Below, piece after piece: positions 21,365-31,571 of a DNA stretch of 64,000 bases. The notes under the pieces were generated by a model. The model was not told where the DNA came from, searched no databases, and worked only from the letters and a program-made list of their open reading frames with translations. The first letter of the stretch is position 1. The number at the start of each line of letters is the position of its first letter. The stretch comes from a phage: sequence record PZ496580.1. One strand, written 5' to 3'. Both the position numbers and the translations under genes were made by a program.

Positions 21365-22867
21365 ATGCAAGATATTAAAATTCACTTTCTGAACTACTCC
21401 CATGTTCAAATTGAATGTAGCGATTCAATTTTATTAGAAATGCGAGATTATTTTAGTTTTGAAGTCGAGGGAGCAAGATTTCAAAAACGATTTAAGTACG
21501 GCGGTTGGGATGGGCGTATTCGTCTTTTAGATTACAATGGAAAGCTGCCAATCGGCCTAACTAAAACCGTGGGAATTTTCGCTAAAAATATGGGCTATAG
21601 CGTATGGGTAGACCCTCGCTTATTCGAGAAAGAACAGGTTACAGAAGAAGAGATCACAAAATGGTGTAACGACTTAGAATTATATTCCGGTGCTAACAGG
21701 ATCACCCCGCATTGGTATCAATCAAAGGCTGTCTTTGAAGGTATTCATCATAAACGCCGTATGTTAGTTTTGCCTACGTCCGCTGGTAAATCTGCGATTG
21801 CTTGTATGTTGTCTCGCTGGTACTTAGAGAACTACGAAGGGAAAGTGCTGATCATCGTTCCTACCACGTCGCTAGTGCTGCAAATGCGTGATGATTTTGT
21901 TGATTATCGCCAGTTTCCTTATGAAGCAATTCATACTATCATGAGCGGTACTAGTAAACACGTAGGTGATCGCCTGATCGTTGTTAGTACGTGGCAGTCT
22001 GCATGTAAACAACCTCGTGAGTGGTTCCAACAATTCGGGATGGTTATTGTTGACGAATGTCACAAGGCCACTGCTAAAAACCTGCTAAACATCGTTACTG
22101 ATATGGAACATTGCCAATTTAAGATCGGTATGACTGGTTCCCCTCGTGACGGGAAAGCTAACATGATGCAGTATGTCGGGCTGTTCGGTGATATTTCTAA
22201 GATCGTGAGTATTGACCGCCTGATGGAAGAAGGCCAAGTTACGAAACTGAAAATTAACTGTCTTTTCCTTCGTTATACCGATGAGGAATGTAGCGCGGTT
22301 AAGGGGAGAGAATATGCGGAAGAGATCAAGTATATTACATCTAACCCACGACGAAATAAGTTTGCTTGCAATTTGGCGCTAAAACTCGCTAAGAAGGGCG
22401 AAAACGTATTCCTGATGTTCCGCAACACTAAGCACGGAAAACTTATGTATGATGCGTTACAGAAGGTACACGACAAGGTTTATTATATTGACGGTGGAGT
22501 TAAGACAGAAGAACGTGATGAATTTAAGAAAATGGCGGAGGGTGACACCGGGATCATCTGTGTTGCGTCTTATGGTGTGTTCTCTACTGGTGTTTCAATT
22601 AAGAATTTGCACCATGTTATTTTCGGTCATCCAGTGAAGGAATCAACTATCGTTCGTCAGAGTATCGGTCGTGCATTGCGTAAACATGGTTCTAAAGACA
22701 TTGCAACGGTCTGGGATCTTATCGATCATTTGGCGGTTAAGACAAAGAGCAAGAATGCTAAGAAACAGTTTAGCCACCTTAATTATGCTCTTAAACATGC
22801 GCTTGAAAGAATAAAAATTTACAACACCGATCGATTCGAATATGTCACGAAAACAATCGAGATTTAA
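21365..22867 (+). CDS. uvsW: UvsW helicase
   Basis: MQDIKIHF start matches T4 UvsW MDIKVHF; helicase motifs PTSAGKS, DECH, GSLRDGKAN conserved. Confidence 0.9.
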   Translation: MQDIKIHFLNYSHVQIECSDSILLEMRDYFSFEVEGARFQKRFKYGGWDGRIRLLDYNGKLPIGLTKTVGIFAKNMGYSVWVDPRLFEKEQVTEEEITKWCNDLELYSGANRITPHWYQSKAVFEGIHHKRRMLVLPTSAGKSAIACMLSRWYLENYEGKVLIIVPTTSLVLQMRDDFVDYRQFPYEAIHTIMSGTSKHVGDRLIVVSTWQSACKQPREWFQQFGMVIVDECHKATAKNLLNIVTDMEHCQFKIGMTGSPRDGKANMMQYVGLFGDISKIVSIDRLMEEGQVTKLKINCLFLRYTDEECSAVKGREYAEEIKYITSNPRRNKFACNLALKLAKKGENVFLMFRNTKHGKLMYDALQKVHDKVYYIDGGVKTEERDEFKKMAEGDTGIICVASYGVFSTGVSIKNLHHVIFGHPVKESTIVRQSIGRALRKHGSKDIATVWDLIDHLAVKTKSKNAKKQFSHLNYALKHALERIKIYNTDRFEYVTKTIEI

Positions 22868-22873
22868 TAAATA

Positions 22874-22896
22874 GGGGCTTTAATGCCCCTTTATTC
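22874..22896 (+). terminator. Hairpin GGGGCTTTAATGCCCC plus TTTATT after uvsW
   Basis: Inverted repeat followed by T-rich tract. Confidence 0.45.
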
Positions 22897-22910
22897 TACG
22901 GAGATTAAAA

Positions 22911-23147
22911 ATGATTAGCTTTAAACGTTTTTTGGTTGAGGCCGCTATTGACGGTTTCATGAGTAAGATTTATTCTTGTAATACTATCGAGGGATTAAAT
23001 GAACTTGAGGCATATTATGAGAAGCGCAAGAAAGAAACAGAATTGAAACCTGCTGATGACATTTCGATCCGTGATGCCATCGCTGGACGCCGTAAGCAAT
23101 TGGAAGCGGACAACGAGCCAGAAGAGGAGCCGGAAGAGGATTTTTAA
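22911..23147 (+). CDS. uvsW.1: UvsW.1-like small protein
   Basis: 78 aa ORF directly after uvsW as in T4; acidic C-terminus. Confidence 0.55.
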   Translation: MISFKRFLVEAAIDGFMSKIYSCNTIEGLNELEAYYEKRKKETELKPADDISIRDAIAGRRKQLEADNEPEEEPEEDF

Positions 23148-23152
23148 GATAT

Positions 23153-23177
23153 AAAAAAGCCCCATCAATGATGGGGC
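23153..23177 (-). terminator. Terminator closing the uvsY transcription unit
   Basis: Minus-strand hairpin GCCCCATCATTGATGGGGC followed by TTTTTT. Confidence 0.5.
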
Positions 23178-23211
23178 AAAATAAACCAATTAAAATCGGT
23201 TATCAACAAAT

Positions 23212-23388
23212 TACATTAACAGCATTGTTTGCTCTACGAGTTGTTCTTGTTCTTCGCCGTTCGCATCTTCACTAATCGAACGTTCTGTTACTAGCTGTAA
23301 GCAGTAGCCAGTGTGAACAACGCCGTTTTCTGTCTGGACGGCTAACGCATCCTCGACAGGTTGTTTACAACAAATACAGATTTTCATA
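23212..23388 (-). CDS. Small Cys-rich ORF downstream of uvsY (58 aa)
   Basis: MKICICCKQP...; below the track length cutoff; position of T4 uvsY.-1. Confidence 0.3.
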
Positions 23389-23407
23389 AAATTCCTCCTG
23401 CATGTAT

Positions 23408-23815
23408 TTAGCGACCAGATTCCAGCATACGCAATTCTATAGCATTCTTGATCGCAAATCCACGAGATTTAACGATATCAAGTGCGCGACCAGCGAAATC
23501 CATTACCATCTGGTAATATGCAATTTTCGTATCAAGTGGTAAGATCTCGTCGTCTGCTGCCATGACAACTTTCAATTCTGATTTCTCATACTCGGCGCGA
23601 CACCAGTCATCACTACGGTTAGTGTAAAAGTCAAGACGATTTTTCATAGCCTTTTTCTTTTTAGCCTCAAGAGCAATCGTCTCTCTTTTCGCCTCGCTGT
23701 AAATCCTTAACCACTTTGAGTATACTACCGGATTATTCAGCGCCTCCCATTGCAACTTAGTAGCATCGATCTTCATGTCAGCTTCTAATTGTTCTTTCAA
23801 ATCGTTTAGGTCCAT
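23408..23815 (-). CDS. uvsY: UvsY recombination mediator
   Basis: 135 aa; similarity to T4 UvsY incl. C-terminal KSRGFAIK. Confidence 0.9.
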   Translation of the reverse strand: MDLNDLKEQLEADMKIDATKLQWEALNNPVVYSKWLRIYSEAKRETIALEAKKKKAMKNRLDFYTNRSDDWCRAEYEKSELKVVMAADDEILPLDTKIAYYQMVMDFAGRALDIVKSRGFAIKNAIELRMLESGR

Positions 23816-23862
23816 AATATCCCCTTATTCACACTAAGACCTATATCATATCACACACAAAA

Positions 23863-24249
23863 TCACTTTGCAAGTCTTATGCGTAGTTGTTCAAGATCAT
23901 CCGGGTTATCTATTACTGAAAAGTAGATTGATACTATGATTGAATTATCGTCGTACTGCGGAGTTACTTCTACTGTCAGGTTTCGGACCCGTGGTTCATA
24001 GTTTCGGATCGCCTCATTGATGTTTTTTGATAAGGTATCCACCGTTAGTGGGTTCATGTTCTCAAACAGTGATTTATTGAGATCGCATCCAAACAGTGGA
24101 TCAAATGGACGAGATCCCTTGCGAGTAGTCACGATCAGTAGAATAGAATCCTTAACCGCTTTAATCCCTATGTTCTTTTTAACGTCGTTATTCCACGATC
24201 TGGATATATTGAGATCCAAATCAGTATACATCTGATTAATAGTTGCCAT
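23863..24249 (-). CDS. 25: Baseplate wedge subunit (gp25)
   Basis: TTRKGSRPFDP.FGCDL...SVIDNPDD matches T4 gp25; start at MATINQ. Confidence 0.85.
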   Translation of the reverse strand: MATINQMYTDLDLNISRSWNNDVKKNIGIKAVKDSILLIVTTRKGSRPFDPLFGCDLNKSLFENMNPLTVDTLSKNINEAIRNYEPRVRNLTVEVTPQYDDNSIIVSIYFSVIDNPDDLEQLRIRLAK

Positions 24250-24257
24250 GTTATACC

Positions 24258-24887
24258 TCAAAGAATTTTAAGGAAACTGGATAGACCTGATAATGAATAT
24301 ACACCAGATTCCCCGCATTCGCACTTGATCGGTACTGCCAGCGTGATTTGATTTCTTGTTAGCTCGTCGATCACTTCTTCCACTTTATCAGTGGTAAGCA
24401 TATCCAGAACGCGGTCAAAGTCCTGTGCGTTCAGGTCGTCTATATTGAATTGCTGATCGCCGATCACGATATATTCGATACATGCAATTACCATCTGCAT
24501 AATATCAACATCTTCTGTAAACTTAGGTTGACGAAACTTGATTTTTATTTGTCCTAAGTCTAGAATATACGGTTCGACTTCTGGTATCTGTGTGCGTGAA
24601 ACATCAAGAGAATATACTTTCTCTTTATTGCATACACCACATACCCAAGTAGCATCAATTTTCATCTTATTGAGGCTGTGACACCATAAGAGAAGAAAAA
24701 TATATTCTGCTTCGCATTTCTCTAGCTCTAATGCATTGATCCCCGTACATTCATGTATGATCTCTATAACAACCTCTGACAGCTTGCCAGTCTCTTTTGC
24801 TGCTACCAGTTTTTGAAATTCGCCGAAGGTGAAAGCACGGGCGTGTATCAACTTTTCGCCTAATTGGATCTTGAAAAAGTATTGCAT
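24258..24887 (-). CDS. 26: Baseplate hub subunit (gp26)
   Basis: 209 aa; synteny between 25 and 51; opposite orientation to 51-27-28 as in T4. Confidence 0.65.
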   Translation of the reverse strand: MQYFFKIQLGEKLIHARAFTFGEFQKLVAAKETGKLSEVVIEIIHECTGINALELEKCEAEYIFLLLWCHSLNKMKIDATWVCGVCNKEKVYSLDVSRTQIPEVEPYILDLGQIKIKFRQPKFTEDVDIMQMVIACIEYIVIGDQQFNIDDLNAQDFDRVLDMLTTDKVEEVIDELTRNQITLAVPIKCECGESGVYSLSGLSSFLKIL

Positions 24888-24929
24888 AATAAAACACCCT
24901 TTATAAACACATAGAATTATTTAGTATTT

Positions 24930-24937
24930 TATAAATA
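24930..24937 (+). promoter_or_regulatory. Late promoter TATAAATA upstream of gene 51
   Basis: Exact TATAAATA 21 nt upstream of ATG 24958. Confidence 0.45.
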
Positions 24938-24957
24938 CCCGAAAGGGGGATTATACC

Positions 24958-25728
24958 ATGAATATTATCCGAATAAAACTGCCGGAAGGTGTGCAGAGAT
25001 TTAAACCATTCACGGTAAAAGATTATAGAGATTTCCTTCTGGTGTCAACTGAAATTAAGATGAATCCAGAAGAAGAACAAACGATTCTGGATGAGCTATT
25101 AGAAGAAATATATCCAGAAGTAGATCCGGCATTTCGTGAATATATTTTCCTGAATGTCTTTACTAGTTCAATTGGTAAAACTAAGATACCGCTTTGCTTT
25201 ACTTGCCCGACTTGCAACAAAGAAAGAAAAATGTTGCTTAACTTACAGGTTGAAGCACTAAAACCAATCGTTCTAGAGGCCGCAGGGCTTAAAATAACTT
25301 TCCGGTATGTTAAACCATCAACCGACTATGCAAAAACGTTTCTTGATGCGATAGAGCGTGTATCTGATGGTATTAATGATTATCTATGGACTGAATTACC
25401 GGAAGAAGTTAGAGAACAGGTTATCGATTCAATCTCATTTGCTGAATTTGAAGAAGTTGTTAAGCAGATGCACACAATCAAGATCGAACAAAAGATATCT
25501 TGTTGTGAAAGTCATGACCTGAAATACATAGGTCTTCTTCCATTATTCAAATTGTTGTTGAATCCAGATGAGTTATTCATCTTTTATCGAATAAACCATT
25601 TATTGGCAAAATCAAATTATTCTATCAGTGATCTTATGGACATGTTACCAGTCGAGAGAAACATTGCACTGACACTGGTCGAGAAAGACGTAAAAGAGGC
25701 AAATAATGCAAAGAACGGGGTTTCCTAA
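24958..25728 (+). CDS. 51: Baseplate hub assembly catalyst (gp51)
   Basis: 256 aa; synteny. Confidence 0.65.
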   Translation: MNIIRIKLPEGVQRFKPFTVKDYRDFLLVSTEIKMNPEEEQTILDELLEEIYPEVDPAFREYIFLNVFTSSIGKTKIPLCFTCPTCNKERKMLLNLQVEALKPIVLEAAGLKITFRYVKPSTDYAKTFLDAIERVSDGINDYLWTELPEEVREQVIDSISFAEFEEVVKQMHTIKIEQKISCCESHDLKYIGLLPLFKLLLNPDELFIFYRINHLLAKSNYSISDLMDMLPVERNIALTLVEKDVKEANNAKNGVS

Positions 25729-26815
25729 TGTCTCAATAAAACTTTATCAGGATTATGAGGCATTTCTAAATCATCGCTTTATAGAATTGGGTGCTACCTT
25801 TGTTACAATGACTCTGCGTGATTCGATTCGTGGGGTGAACGAAGGATTGTTGCAATTCTATGATAATAAGGCGATGCATACAAAATTAAACGGGAGAGAG
25901 ATCATTCAGATTTCGCTATCCACTGCTAATACAGATGAAGTGTTTAACCGAATCTATGGGATCTCTCATAGTAATGTAACAATTGACCAAAAATCCGACA
26001 ACATTTTAACATTCCAGTTAAAGAGCTATCACGAAACACTAAACCTTAAATTTTCTCGCTCATTGACAAATAACGCTGTTAATAACGTAACTAGCATGAT
26101 TGATGCCATCTATAAGGAAGTTCCTTTATGGAAACCTACTATAAAGGGTGATAACGTTGTTATTCCTCGTTGTCCGTGGGTTAGTACCATAAATGACTAT
26201 ATGGATTATGTGAGGGCATACGGGCAAAGCGTAGAAACCGAGTCTTTCGTGTATTGCTGGGAAGATTTTGATGGTATAACGATCGCTGGACACGATACAA
26301 TATTAAAAAATGAGCCAATACCAGCTATAATCTGTGAGCCTCGACTCATGGGGCAATTTATTGATATGTCGCCTAATCTGATGGTTTTTAATTTCGAGTG
26401 GCAGACTAAGAGCAATGCTAAAGTTAAAAATTCATTTAGCAATGTGACATACACAACTATTGATTTTGTTACTAAGCAGTATAATAAAATTGTTGTTGGT
26501 AATGGGGATAATATTGCACACTTTGCTCATGGTGGCGCTTATGGCGATTTAACTTATAAGAATGCGTTTTTGGAAGGTTCTAAACTTGCCACAATAGAAC
26601 AATATGATTCATATGCTACCGCCGTGTGTCACGGTAATTTTTCGTTGCGCCCTGGTATGGTTATTCGATTCTTTGATGAGAAGCAACAAGCACGCAATGA
26701 TTTTATTGTTGACGAAGTGGTGCATGAAATTAGCCGAGAGCAATCATTAACTCACCTGTATATGATCGGTAACAGCGAAGAATTACAGGAAGTCAAATTT
26801 GAAGGTAAGATATAA
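25706..26815 (+). CDS. 27: Baseplate hub subunit (gp27)
   Basis: MQRTGFPNVSIKLY... matches T4 gp27 N-terminus (MLQRPGYPNLSVKLF). Confidence 0.85.
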   Translation: MQRTGFPNVSIKLYQDYEAFLNHRFIELGATFVTMTLRDSIRGVNEGLLQFYDNKAMHTKLNGREIIQISLSTANTDEVFNRIYGISHSNVTIDQKSDNILTFQLKSYHETLNLKFSRSLTNNAVNNVTSMIDAIYKEVPLWKPTIKGDNVVIPRCPWVSTINDYMDYVRAYGQSVETESFVYCWEDFDGITIAGHDTILKNEPIPAIICEPRLMGQFIDMSPNLMVFNFEWQTKSNAKVKNSFSNVTYTTIDFVTKQYNKIVVGNGDNIAHFAHGGAYGDLTYKNAFLEGSKLATIEQYDSYATAVCHGNFSLRPGMVIRFFDEKQQARNDFIVDEVVHEISREQSLTHLYMIGNSEELQEVKFEGKI

Positions 26816-27333
26816 TGACAGAAACTAAACCTATGTTAAAATTTGTTGTTCCTGTAAAAAAATTAGAGATAAACGGGAAATATATCAAGATCCCAAAAAT
26901 GGGGATTAAGCAACATCGATTATTAAAAGATGTTCGTAGCTGTGATGAAACATTAAAGATTCTTCTTGATTCAATCTGTCCTGGGTTAAACGCTGCCGAG
27001 TCTGAATTAGTTATGCTTAACCTTTGTGCGTTTAATGGTAAGTGTCTGGAAGAAAAAGATGGTCTTAAGCTGTCTGATGTGTATATTTGTACAGAGACGG
27101 AATTTACTTTAAATGGTAAAGTCTTTAAATTTAAAAATCCAATGTATACTTCTGACCCCATTATCGATGACGCTGATTTCTTGAGTCATCATTATCACGA
27201 TCCTAGTGTAGACTTCCATGATTTCCCAGCTTTTATTATGGATTGGGCTACAGGATTAAGAAAAACTATTGCACTGGATACACCGGAAGGTACTATCTAT
27301 GGTGGAATTAACATATTGGATCGCCTATCATGA
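26815..27333 (+). CDS. 28: Baseplate hub distal subunit (gp28)
   Basis: 172 aa; TAATG coupling to gp27; synteny. Confidence 0.65.
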   Translation: MTETKPMLKFVVPVKKLEINGKYIKIPKMGIKQHRLLKDVRSCDETLKILLDSICPGLNAAESELVMLNLCAFNGKCLEEKDGLKLSDVYICTETEFTLNGKVFKFKNPMYTSDPIIDDADFLSHHYHDPSVDFHDFPAFIMDWATGLRKTIALDTPEGTIYGGINILDRLS

Positions 27334-29063
27334 ATGACGCATTAACATCATTTCGCGGGATGCGCAAGGAAGCGGAAGAAAACCCGATTGATAAACTTAA
27401 CAAATTAGATAAACTTGATTCTATTGATAATTTGCAAGCCGCTACCGAATTGGTGGCGGAGACAGTAGAACAAAAATCTAATGAAGTTGTTGGTGCGGTA
27501 GAGGATAACACCGCAGCCAATGAATTGACGGCAGAGAATACCCAATCTACCGCTGGCAATACCCAAAAAACTTATGAAGAATTGCAAAAACTCAATAATT
27601 TCTCTTCTCAGATGAATGAGAAATTACGTGGTTTTGGTGTTATGATGGAACGTAGATTTGGTGTTGTCAGTAAAATGGCTAGCGGTATTGGTGCGATTGA
27701 AGAAGCACTGAAAAAACCGGAACAACCGCAAACAATGCCATCACCTCAGCCAGTTTTGCCTACTGTACCGGAACAGCCTAATAATGACAACTATCAAGGT
27801 CTTCCAAAGAAAAAACCAGATGTTGAGGAACGGAAGAAAAAGAACGCCGCAGATAAGCGCAATGCGGATTCTATGGAAAATCTTCTTAAAGTTGTTCGTG
27901 GAGGATTTAAAGAAACCATAGGTATCTCTAATAAGGTCTTAGGGATGTTATTTAAGATCACCTTGACCGCTATGGCAGAAGCCGCAAAATGGGGCGCTAT
28001 TTTGATGGGTATTGTTTTTGCCATTGATACCCTTATGATTCATTTCAGATATTGGAGTGATTTATTCGAAACAAAATTTGATGAATTTATGGATAAAGCC
28101 GGAGAATGGGCTGGACCAATTAGTGATATTCTAACAACTATTCGTCAAGTTCGAGATTATTGGTCTAAAGGTGAATATGGAGAATTAATTAAATCTCTTG
28201 TTATGGGTATTGGTGATGCATTCTATAAAACCTTTATCCAACTTGATCGAATTATCACTACTGGTATTGCTAAAATTCTTCGCATGATCCCTGGTATGGG
28301 TGATTATGCCGATAAGTTAGAATATGGTGCTTTAAAATCTGCTGTCGCTCAAGGCTATACGCCAAATGAAAGAGAACTCGAATTAATGGATAAGGTCGAG
28401 TCTGAACACGAAGAAGACAAATACGGGGAGCGTACTGGTTGGACCGGAAAAGCCCGTGATATTGGTGAGGCTATCGGTGACTCCATTAAAGATAAAGTTA
28501 ACGAGGGTCTTGTTAGTCTGGGCTGGAGAGATCAAAAGGATGTTGACGCAGAGAAGCGACAAGAAGAATTAAAGCGCGGAGAATATGAGTCTGTTTCTGC
28601 TGAACAACGATCTGCTAGTCGTAAACTTAGAATTAAAAGTGAGGGCGCGATCAACAATATTAATGAAGTTATGGAGAATTTGAGCGGTGACTATGACAAA
28701 GAAAGAATTGGAGAGTTGAAAAAGGATATTGATGTTTACCGTGAGAAAGTTCAAGATCCTACATTAGTTGAAAGTGATCGTTCTCAGTTAGAGCGTCTTA
28801 TTGAAAAATTTGATGAGATGTATGCTGATAAAACTAAGGGTGTGGTTCCAACTAAACCTGTTCCTGCAACTGAAACGGAAACAGCAAGACAAGCGGAACG
28901 TACTGAACAAATGCAGAAACAAGCTGCAATCCAGCAACAAACGACAAATCAGACCTCAAACGTAAATAATACACAGATTGTAACAAACAATAGAACTATT
29001 AAACAGGGTGCACCAACAACTAGAATTGATGCCCCTGGTACAATTAATATGGGGAACTTTTAA
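27330..29063 (+). CDS. 29: Baseplate hub / tail length determinator (gp29)
   Basis: 577 aa; synteny and size. Confidence 0.75.
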   Translation: MNDALTSFRGMRKEAEENPIDKLNKLDKLDSIDNLQAATELVAETVEQKSNEVVGAVEDNTAANELTAENTQSTAGNTQKTYEELQKLNNFSSQMNEKLRGFGVMMERRFGVVSKMASGIGAIEEALKKPEQPQTMPSPQPVLPTVPEQPNNDNYQGLPKKKPDVEERKKKNAADKRNADSMENLLKVVRGGFKETIGISNKVLGMLFKITLTAMAEAAKWGAILMGIVFAIDTLMIHFRYWSDLFETKFDEFMDKAGEWAGPISDILTTIRQVRDYWSKGEYGELIKSLVMGIGDAFYKTFIQLDRIITTGIAKILRMIPGMGDYADKLEYGALKSAVAQGYTPNERELELMDKVESEHEEDKYGERTGWTGKARDIGEAIGDSIKDKVNEGLVSLGWRDQKDVDAEKRQEELKRGEYESVSAEQRSASRKLRIKSEGAINNINEVMENLSGDYDKERIGELKKDIDVYREKVQDPTLVESDRSQLERLIEKFDEMYADKTKGVVPTKPVPATETETARQAERTEQMQKQAAIQQQTTNQTSNVNNTQIVTNNRTIKQGAPTTRIDAPGTINMGNF

Positions 29064-30121
29064 TGAAAATTAGTGTTATCAATGATGCCGTTGATAGCTT
29101 TAAAGCGGGGGTTAAAACCTCCGCTGGTTTTACCTCAAAAAATAAAGGGAAAACATTAACCGCTCAATTCCCCGCTGAACGTGCTAGCGGTAATGATGCT
29201 AGCGGTTATTATATCAACGACTTATATAATAATGGTCTGTTATTCACTGCATACGATTACACATCTCGTACTACTGGATCGCTGCGTGATTTCAGGAAAA
29301 AGAAAAATGTTGCTGGCGGTTTTGGTGGTAGCGTTAATATCGCTGGTTTTGATTTAAATTTGGGAGGGAGAAATGCTGCATTTGACCGCGAGGCAATTGC
29401 TAATATTCTTCTTCCTCGTAGTCAATCTGACGTTGACGCTGCTAGCCATAAGTTTAATGATGTTGGTGAATCTGTTATTTCTCGCGGCGGTGGTACTTTA
29501 GGCGGTGCTCTTTCTAATATGGCATCTACTGCCGTTTTTGGTGGTATCGAAAGTATTACTGGTGGATACCTTGCCGATCACGGTGAACAGATTTATAATA
29601 CTGCAAGAAGCATGTATGCTGGTGCTGACGCACGAACTAAAAACTACGTATGGCATCTAACCCCACGTAGTATTGAAGACCTTCGTAATATTCTGATCAT
29701 ATACGAAACGTTTTTAGAGTTGTCTTATGGTTCTAGTGGTATTTCCAGCACCGCAAAAGAATTAAAAGCGGAAGTTGATGCGTGGTATAAAAATACACTA
29801 TTGAGCAAATCCACTCCAGCCGAGGCAAAGAGAAATGATACGCTGTTTGAAGGGATCACCGATTTTCTATCCAACGTAATTACTGTATCTAACCCGACAA
29901 TATGGATGATCTCTAACTTCGGTAAGCGTACATCATTTGAAGGGCGTAGCGATGCATTTGGTCCCGCTCAGATCTCAAGTGTACGTCTGGACAAGTCGCC
30001 TGATGGTAAGTTTAATGGCCTTGCTATTTCTCCTAACTTGCCTAGTACCTTTGTTCTGGAAGTATCATTTAGAGAGATCTTGACACTTTCCCGTGGTACT
30101 ATATTTGGGAGTGCGGCATAA
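29063..30121 (+). CDS. 48: Baseplate tail tube cap (gp48)
   Basis: 352 aa; synteny and size. Confidence 0.75.
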   Translation: MKISVINDAVDSFKAGVKTSAGFTSKNKGKTLTAQFPAERASGNDASGYYINDLYNNGLLFTAYDYTSRTTGSLRDFRKKKNVAGGFGGSVNIAGFDLNLGGRNAAFDREAIANILLPRSQSDVDAASHKFNDVGESVISRGGGTLGGALSNMASTAVFGGIESITGGYLADHGEQIYNTARSMYAGADARTKNYVWHLTPRSIEDLRNILIIYETFLELSYGSSGISSTAKELKAEVDAWYKNTLLSKSTPAEAKRNDTLFEGITDFLSNVITVSNPTIWMISNFGKRTSFEGRSDAFGPAQISSVRLDKSPDGKFNGLAISPNLPSTFVLEVSFREILTLSRGTIFGSAA

Positions 30122-31053
30122 TGTTTGATTTAAATGATTTTAACGAACAAGCCGCTAACCTTGACTTTCAGCGATCTAACTTATTCAGCGTGGCATTTGC
30201 CACCACTCCAAGTAATAAGACACAAGCGATCCTAGAAAGTATGGGTGGTGCGGTATATGATATTATACCAAATGCATTAAATGACTATTTCGGGATTACT
30301 CGCGGTGATTATACGGACGCATTAACAAATCTTGCTGTACAGGGCGTTAGGCGTGCTGTTGATTCATCCGGCGTCAAAAAGTATCTTTTAGGTGCAATGT
30401 CATCCCGCGTAGTTCAATCTCTTCTGGGGCAATTTGATGTTGGTACATATGCGCTTGATTGGTTCAATATGGCATATAAGACAAGCGGTCTTCTGGTGTA
30501 TGCTGTTAAGGTTCCAGAAAACAGATTGAGTTATGAAATGGACCGTAACCACAATGCGCCAAACATTCGAATTACCGGACGTGATTTTGATCCGCTTGTA
30601 TTGAGCTTTAGAATGGACTCTAGCGCATCAAACTATAGAGCAATGCAGGATTGGGTTAACTCAGTAGAAGACCCCGTTACAGGGCTTCGTGCGCTTCCTG
30701 TTGACGTTGAAGCAGATATTCAGGTTAACTTACATAACCGAATGGGAGTTCCTCACACGATCATGATGTTTAACGGTTGTGTTCCTGTTGGTGTGAGTGC
30801 ACCGGAATTAACCTATGAAAATAACAACGAAATCACAACATTCGATGTTACTTTTGCATATCGTTCTATGCAAACTGGTGCTGTGGGAGAGCAAGCCGCG
30901 CGAGAATGGATTGAGGATAAGGCAATAAACGCAATAACAAACACTTTCGGCAATAATTTACTTGATAGTGGGTTATCTGCTGCTGGTAATGCTTTATCGC
31001 GTCTAAATGGCGTTGGTGGGCGTGTGGTGAATACTGTCACTAACTGGTTCTGA
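30121..31053 (+). CDS. 54: Baseplate tail tube initiator (gp54)
   Basis: 310 aa; synteny and size. Confidence 0.75.
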   Translation: MFDLNDFNEQAANLDFQRSNLFSVAFATTPSNKTQAILESMGGAVYDIIPNALNDYFGITRGDYTDALTNLAVQGVRRAVDSSGVKKYLLGAMSSRVVQSLLGQFDVGTYALDWFNMAYKTSGLLVYAVKVPENRLSYEMDRNHNAPNIRITGRDFDPLVLSFRMDSSASNYRAMQDWVNSVEDPVTGLRALPVDVEADIQVNLHNRMGVPHTIMMFNGCVPVGVSAPELTYENNNEITTFDVTFAYRSMQTGAVGEQAAREWIEDKAINAITNTFGNNLLDSGLSAAGNALSRLNGVGGRVVNTVTNWF

Positions 31054-31060
31054 TAAGCGA

Positions 31061-31092
31061 AAGGCGGGGATTATCCCCCGCCTTTTTATTTT
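31061..31092 (+). terminator. Terminator after gene 54
   Basis: GGCGGGGATTATCCCCCGCC hairpin followed by TTTTTATTTT. Confidence 0.6.
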
Positions 31093-31571
31093 GCTAAATC
31101 ATTGCAATATTTTAGTGCCTTAGTTTGAAATTCTGCGCTGTTAAGTTCTTCATAACGGTCATAATCACCGTTTAATGCTGCCTTTCTTGCTTCTTGCTCT
31201 ATCTGCATGTCAGACATGATAATACAGCGATCCCGTGCTTTCATCTTCTCAAGTTGTATAGACTCTTCTTTCTGCTTGCGCAATTCTTCTTGACGCTTCT
31301 TTTCTTCTTGTGCTTTCTCTTCCCGCGCTTCTTTGATTGCATCCTTGAACATCTGCGTTTGTGGTGCTAAACCAACTTTAACGCGATCCACGTCTCGACG
31401 TTCCATTTTAGAAATAAAGCATGATTCGATCTGATCATCGCTTGCATATGCTGCTTTACATTCACGAAGCAAGAAAACCGGATCTGATTTAGCATTCATC
31501 ATAGCTTCCATGTTAGCACAACCAGTAAGCATGAATGCAGCCGCAAGACCAATCAGTTTAATCATTTTCAT
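31086..31571 (-). CDS. Putative lipoprotein (161 aa)
   Basis: Signal peptide with lipobox LTGC; charged coiled-coil region. Confidence 0.55.
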   Translation of the reverse strand: MKMIKLIGLAAAFMLTGCANMEAMMNAKSDPVFLLRECKAAYASDDQIESCFISKMERRDVDRVKVGLAPQTQMFKDAIKEAREEKAQEEKKRQEELRKQKEESIQLEKMKARDRCIIMSDMQIEQEARKAALNGDYDRYEELNSAEFQTKALKYCNDLAK